From Epithemia pelagica (lineage: Eukaryota > Protista > Bacillariophyta), in NCBI GenBank assembly GCA_946965045.2, contig OX337233.1, positions 1,674,001 to 1,738,000 on the forward strand: a DNA stretch of 64,000 nt. Reading direction: 5' to 3'. Under the pieces are notes generated by a model. The model made no database searches, was not told the DNA's origin, and saw only the letters and a program-made list of their open reading frames with translations. A program made the translations under genes and the position numbers. Each line of letters opens with the position of its first letter. Position 1 is the first letter of the stretch. This document shows, piece after piece, positions 58,145 through 64,000 of this stretch.

Positions 58145-59720
58145 TACTCTAGTCTGGCAACAATGGTTTAAGAAGGTCGCGTGAGTGAACAACAATATGC
58201 CGATTCTGAAACGATGATTGCTCATTGCACAGAGAAACCGCTAGGGGACGATCGTGATAAGTGTTTGTTTGGATCATCCTATGTTGCCCTCGAAGACACG
58301 GTAGCTATGTATAATGCTTTCAAGCAGACTCGTCAATCAGTGATATTGGTGTGCAAAGAACCTGCAACATGTGGAGGACGGGGGTCACCGTGGGGGTTGC
58401 CACAGTGGTCAGGGCGAGGCGGAAGAAGGTTACAGTTGTTGAACTCTAGAGTTCATCAATATCAGATTGGAATGAAAGAATCATTGGCAATTCAAGTTCT
58501 AATTGTAAGACCTGTCGAGGTGTCGAGGCATCATTAATAAAGGATGCTAGTATTACCTTAGTCCTGATTACTCTTGATCATGAGGTGTATATTCTTTATT
58601 AAAGAAGATGATTGATCGTAGCTTGTTTGATGTTCATGTTTTCTACGACTAACAAATTTCAGTTCTAGGAGGATTACAGACATATCAGTGCCTTCACTTC
58701 TATGTGCTATGTAATATATCAGTGCCTTCACTTCTTTGTGCTGTGCCTGTCCCTGCTGTTGTTGTCCACATCTTTTGCTTGAAGCATGATTCCCTCTTAC
58801 ACTGGTATTGTTGCCATCTCAGTGTTCTGTTCCATAAAGCATCCAATGCTTGTTACATTCTCTTCAGCCAGTGTGGTGTACTCCAAAAGTATAGTTTACG
58901 ATGGAAAGGAGACAACCATCCGAGTGGCTTTGCCCCTTTTCCATTCGACCCATACAACAGTGGTGGGCCTGAAGCCCATCTGGTGTTGGATAGGGACATT
59001 CATAGCCACATTTATGAATGTTCCCTCCAACAAGACATCGGGTTGTCCACTAAACACATGTGCGACATCTTCACAAACGAGATGCCCCTTGAAGATTGAG
59101 GAATACCATCAACAACTCCGTTCGTTTTATCTTTTTGCTGCAGCAATCTTAGCAATTTGATTATCATCTCTAGGTTAAAGTTTTTTGAGCATGAAGGACC
59201 TTGATGTTGAGTCTCCTTCTGTCATTCCAAGAGGACTCTCTCAACTCCATTGAAGTGCCTTGAGGACCTGCTTTGCACAATAGAGTGACTCAAGAGATCT
59301 TTTTGTTTACCATTGTACCAATCTGTTGTCCCCAGTTTAAAACACTGTGCTCTTCTAGTGGCATGGAGCTAGAGTCAAATGTGTATGGACACAGTTTTGG
59401 GCAAAGATGAAAGCATTCATTCTGATGTTCAAAGGTTTGGATTTCTCTGATATGGGTTGAGATAATAGTGATTCAGAAATGAAGAATCTTTCTATTGGTG
59501 ACATTACATATGTAAGCTATGAGAATTGGGAATGATATGATTGTAAATGCATAATTGCAAAAATGCTGAAGGTGATGAAGGTCCCACTTGATGAGGATGA
59601 CATTAACCAGACAAGTATGTTTGCTTTTTTTATTCATGTAGTCCAACTTCAATTGGACAAGACCAGGGGGTCCTTTATGTGCAATTACCCCATAGATGAT
59701 GTACTTATCTTTTTTTACCA

Positions 59721-59934
59721 TTTCAACAGTTTGTGCTTTTACACATCTCATGATTTGTGCGACTTTTTTCATATTAGATTGTGATACCTTGAGTTCTGAA
59801 GCCATGGCTTCAGCGACCAGCCATGTTTTTCAACAGTTTGTGCTTTTCCACATCTCATGATTTGTGCGACTTTTTTCGTATTAGATTGTGATACCTTGAG
59901 TTCTGAAGCCATGGCTTCAGCAACCAGCCATGTT
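59721..59934. repeat. 107-bp tandem duplication
   Basis: tttcaacagtttgtgctttt...ccagccatgtt at 59721 and 59828, with a few substitutions. Confidence 0.9.
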
Positions 59935-61499
59935 GGATGCAAGATACCAACTCATCACGGCCCTCCAAAAGGACGACAACAACTAAGGATGACAACAACT
60001 CGGGTAGTTCCACGATGGACGAAGCAGACTTTTCCCACACAGCAAACACCCCAGCGGAACTCGTAGCACTGATACAGCAATACCACATCATAACTGCAAC
60101 ACATTCGCAAAATACTTAGGAGGAGATGCTCCACCTCGCATCCCATGTATATGAGCATGATAGTGGAAAAATGAAGCCACTCCTGGAACACCTACAACTG
60201 ATCACGTCCTTCCAGGAAAAAGTTAACTGCGAATTCATGTGGAGAACTCAATCATAGTGTCATACAGAACACTGCCGGAATAATTTAGTTCTTTTTCGTT
60301 TATGTCTTCCAGCATATCATAGATCTTTCTTGAAAAACGTTTGTGCCTCGCAAAACAAAAAGCGATAGAAGAGAGGATGGTTGTAGGCAAACTTGTAAGG
60401 AGCAATTTCAGGGAATCATTGCTGGACCTGGCGTAACCAGTCATTGTTGAGGTGACTGGGCGTGTGAAGGAGCTCATGGGAGTATGAGGGGCGTCGAGTG
60501 TTGTTGGGCAGGTTTGGGTCAACGAGTTGGAGGTCAGTTGGGAGTGCAACAATACCAAGAAAAGCCCAGCATTGGACGACGTGTGGGGGAAGTTGATCGT
60601 TGTCCTGCAAGATGAACCAATCGAAAGTGAACTGGCTGCGTTTTTCCATGGTGCGGCGAAGGAGAGGAAGATACGTAGAGGGAGCAAGGTACACATACTT
60701 AAGATGTGTACTTGTGAACCATAAAGGGTTGTCTACCGGTAGGTTCCAAGGGGAAGTGGCCGTAGAAACCATAGGAGCATCCCATGCTTGCCATTGTTAC
60801 GCGAGCGGATTGAAAGTCTGAGAGTGGTAGGACTCAAGTTCGGGACCGAACGGCGGGCGGGTAGGGGTAGACTCAGGAGGTGGTATGGGGTGTTGGGCTT
60901 AGTTCTTATCCTCAACATGTCTTTGTGCCATCATCTCTTCCATCAATTTCTCAATCGACAATTGCATCTTGAAAAGAGTTGTAATGCTTCATGACAAAAC
61001 AAAAAGCATCGCCAAAATCACCATCCGATCTTTTCATTGCATCATTGATTACTTCCTTGTGCAACAAATCACAGACAATCACATGGTCGGTTGGTCCACC
61101 GTTGATAAAATTACAACCTCTGATAAATCCTTGTCATTTCTCTTATCGATATGATATTCACATATGTCATATTCATTTTGATTGGCTGTCATGTCTGTAA
61201 GAGCAAGCCACAGAAACTCTATCTTGTTACAAGGACATATCTTCTTGCTTAAGTATTCCTTTCTGGCTTCTTTCATATCACCCCACACAAATGGTACATG
61301 CTTCTCAATACATTCATTTAGCATAATGAACAAATCCACCACTTCTTCTTTTGTTGTTCCATTTAGTGTAAATGTGCCTTGTACTCCTTTTGGAGACAGG
61401 CAGCACAAATCGGTTGGCTATCATTCTCTCTTGTGCTTCTTCATTATCGGCCACAGACGGTGCTCCTGCGCGGCCATTTTTCCCAGCAATTTCCTGAAC

Positions 61500-61850
61500 G
61501 TAGACTTGGTCAAATAGGAGGATGCCCATTTCGTTGATGACTTTCACTTTAGCCCTGAAGGCCTCGTAGAAGCATTGGACTGATTGCCCAGGATGTCGCT
61601 TCATACCGTAGAATTCGGGCCAAATTTTGTCCATAGCCATACCGTTGTCCATAGCCATACCGGTGTACACTCGGTCACTGTCAAAGGTAAAGGTTGTTGC
61701 CTTGATAAGCTGTAAGAGCTCTATGCCATCTTGATTGGCTTGTACTACAGTGAATGTGCTGTGAGCTTTGAGTTTATCTTTCATAATGTCGGTGGATTGC
61801 CCCAGGAGAATGCTGTAAAGTGATGACCAAAAACCTTCTACAGCCACTCA
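61500..61850 (-). pseudogene. gag: LTR-retrotransposon gag relic
   Basis: LYSILLGQSTDIMKDKL...QDGIELLQLIK...FYEAFRAKVKVINEMG resembles the diatom copia gag helical domain. Confidence 0.55.
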
Positions 61851-63239
61851 ATTTTCTTCTACCGCCTTGTATTCGAATTCCCATTCCTTCACCTCTATGG
61901 GACTTGCTGTATCAGCTGAAGAAGGTGCAATAGCTGTTTCTGCAATAGCAATCTGAAGCTCTTGAGAAAGTTCTTGAATGACATAGGCTGCAAACACATT
62001 CATTTCTACTGTTGCCTTGAATACTTTGAATCAAAGACCATCTTCAGTGGAAACTTGGAACTGACTGCCTCTTCTTGGTGAAGTGTAGGTGAAACTGGCC
62101 ATTTTGTTGTTTGTTGTTGAGCAATATATGCATACCCATTTGAGTTTCTGTCTGAAAAACTTGAGTGCCCCTGTTCTCCTGGGAAAAGATCCTGTTTTAT
62201 TGATGAACTTGAAGAAATCCTGATTTAACTCAGTGTATCCTGACAAACACCTGCATTGAATGCATTCATAACCAGAGTGTTTATTTTGGAAATGATGGTT
62301 TAGTATAGTTTGGATTTGCTCAGCTTCTGTGATTCAACAAGCAAAGGCATTGTGGTAGAGCTAGTGCTCATCTACCCCAAAATTATAGACACTTTACTCT
62401 GCAATTTTTGGTCTGCAAAGGGTTGGGTTTGAACATTTGTCCCTCAATGACCATGTCCAAATGTGAGATTGTTTGATCCTTTTCACAGAACTGTGGAATC
62501 ATATGTTTTCAGAGTCCATGACATTCTGGATCAGCATGAAAAAATTGGTGAGTGGGGGATTTTGTGGAGGTTGAATTTCACTGACAGAACTTACATTGGA
62601 TTCCATGGATGCCAGTGATATGTCAATTGAACAGAAAGCTTATTTGTGTGGAAGAGTTATTTTTCTGGACTCTGGTTAGGCAAAGACAACTCAATTTGGT
62701 GGAAATGGAAGAAGCTACTGGGAGGTCATCAAACACTCTTTTCTTCAGTTGTCATGTTGAGCCGACAATCCTTGGATTGAGCATGTCATTGTGCTCAATG
62801 GGGACACTTCTTCTGCTACTGAGGACACTGCTGCTGATGCTGTGGTTCTTCTCAATGACTCATATGAGCATCAGCAATGGTGTGAAGGCTCAAAGCAAGC
62901 CAGAGAGGCTTTTGTGGCGCCAGGTGTATCAGAAGCGTCTCAAGCATCACCTCAAGAAGGTAGAACCAACAGCATTGCTGAGACACAAAACACTTCTTCA
63001 CAACAGCAGAATCCTCCGATAGCATCTCCACCCAACCCATTTCCTTTTCCTTCCTTAGTCAATGAAACCACCTCGTCTCTTCTATCACCAGAAACACGAT
63101 CTCAAACTTCTCCTTTTTTAACCAACCAACAATTGTCCATCCTTGATGATCGTATGGACGTGCAGTTCGGCACAGCCGAGAAGCATGGTAACAACTCTTT
63201 GCATGAAATCAATTTCACAATACATGACAGCATCTACGG

Positions 63240-64000
63240 AAATCCCCAAAAATGTCACTATAATTGGTGATCCTGGATCAGGAAAGATTACAGTTGGTTT
63301 ATTTCAGCATGGTACATGGTTTGAATTGCTATTGCAGTTCCCTGTTGGGTGAACGTGTGCGAGAACTTGGAGGCTCCCATCTGCACGTCTTCTTTTGTAT
63401 TCCGGTGCAAAAATCCAACAGTCCTGGACATTTAGCAGACTTGGCACTTTTGACTTTGATGAAAGCTCCATCACGAATTCAATTCCTCCGACAATTAGAT
63501 GTTTTATTGTTGGACAAAATGAGTCAAATGTCAACAGAAATACTCTCAGTACTGGACATTATTCTTTGCAAAATAAGAACATCAACATGTTTTATGGGTG
63601 GTCTTAACAATGGATGTCCTACAGCTCCTACCAATTCATGGACGACCTCCCATTTTGTCATCCCACATGTTTGCCTGTCTCTCTTTTGCAAGATTAATAC
63701 ACAGTGTTCAGGCTGGCTATGATCCAGATTTTTGTCTATTGCAGCAGATCACACGTCTTTTTCCTTCTGAATTTACTGATGAAAAATGTCGACATTTCAT
63801 TTCGTTGTTAATTAAGTCCTGTACTTTTGTTGACTTCTTTGATGATCCTGCAATTCCCAAAACAGCAACTTATATTTTTGGTAGAAAAGCCCCTGGTCAG
63901 ATAATCCATGCGCAAGTGATGACAAAACTCAAAATTGAAAATCGTTACCGGTACAATTGTGCAAAAGATGATGAAGCTCAAACAGAAACTTACTGGATGC
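63240..64000 (+). pseudogene. PIF1-family (SF1B) helicase relic, possibly from a Helitron-like element; runs off the window
   Basis: IIGDPGSGK (Walker A), LGGSHLHVFFCIP, LDVLLLDKMSQMS..ILSVLDIILCKIR...FMGG, MDVLQLLPI; frameshifts and a DE-to-DK change. Confidence 0.7.

Noticed and set aside
1-64000. rRNA, tRNA or other structured ncRNA genes
   Set aside because: None seen. The tRNA-like 11-mer at 6582-6592 lacks the other tRNA arms and is interpreted as a PBS.

Overview
Eukaryotic, transposon-dense DNA with no recognisable host gene. A diatom origin is inferred from CoDi-type Ty1/copia, Ambal-like LINE and PHIS-type transposase sequences. (1) Positions 1-31436 are a head-to-tail array of at least three near-identical 10,510-bp units. 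Each unit holds a 3'-truncated copia element (minus strand: LTR, an unusual PBS matching a tRNA-Asn anticodon arm, an extra 259-aa ORF upstream of gag, and gag-pol broken by one in-frame TGA) plus about 3 kb of relic flank. (2) Positions 39181-44845 are an apparently intact 5.67-kb DNA transposon with ~730-bp minisatellite-containing TIRs, a CAG target-site duplication and four intact ORFs in two divergent pairs (a DDE_Tnp_4/PHIS-type transposase plus three unknown proteins). It sits inside an older transposase of the same type, whose reading frame is restored when the element is removed. (3) Positions 45676-49739 are an inverted, diverged, truncated sister of the array copia. The rest is decayed copia, hAT, pogo, LINE and PIF1-helicase fragments with small tandem duplications. 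All calls come from reading the sequence and motifs by eye; no searches were run.
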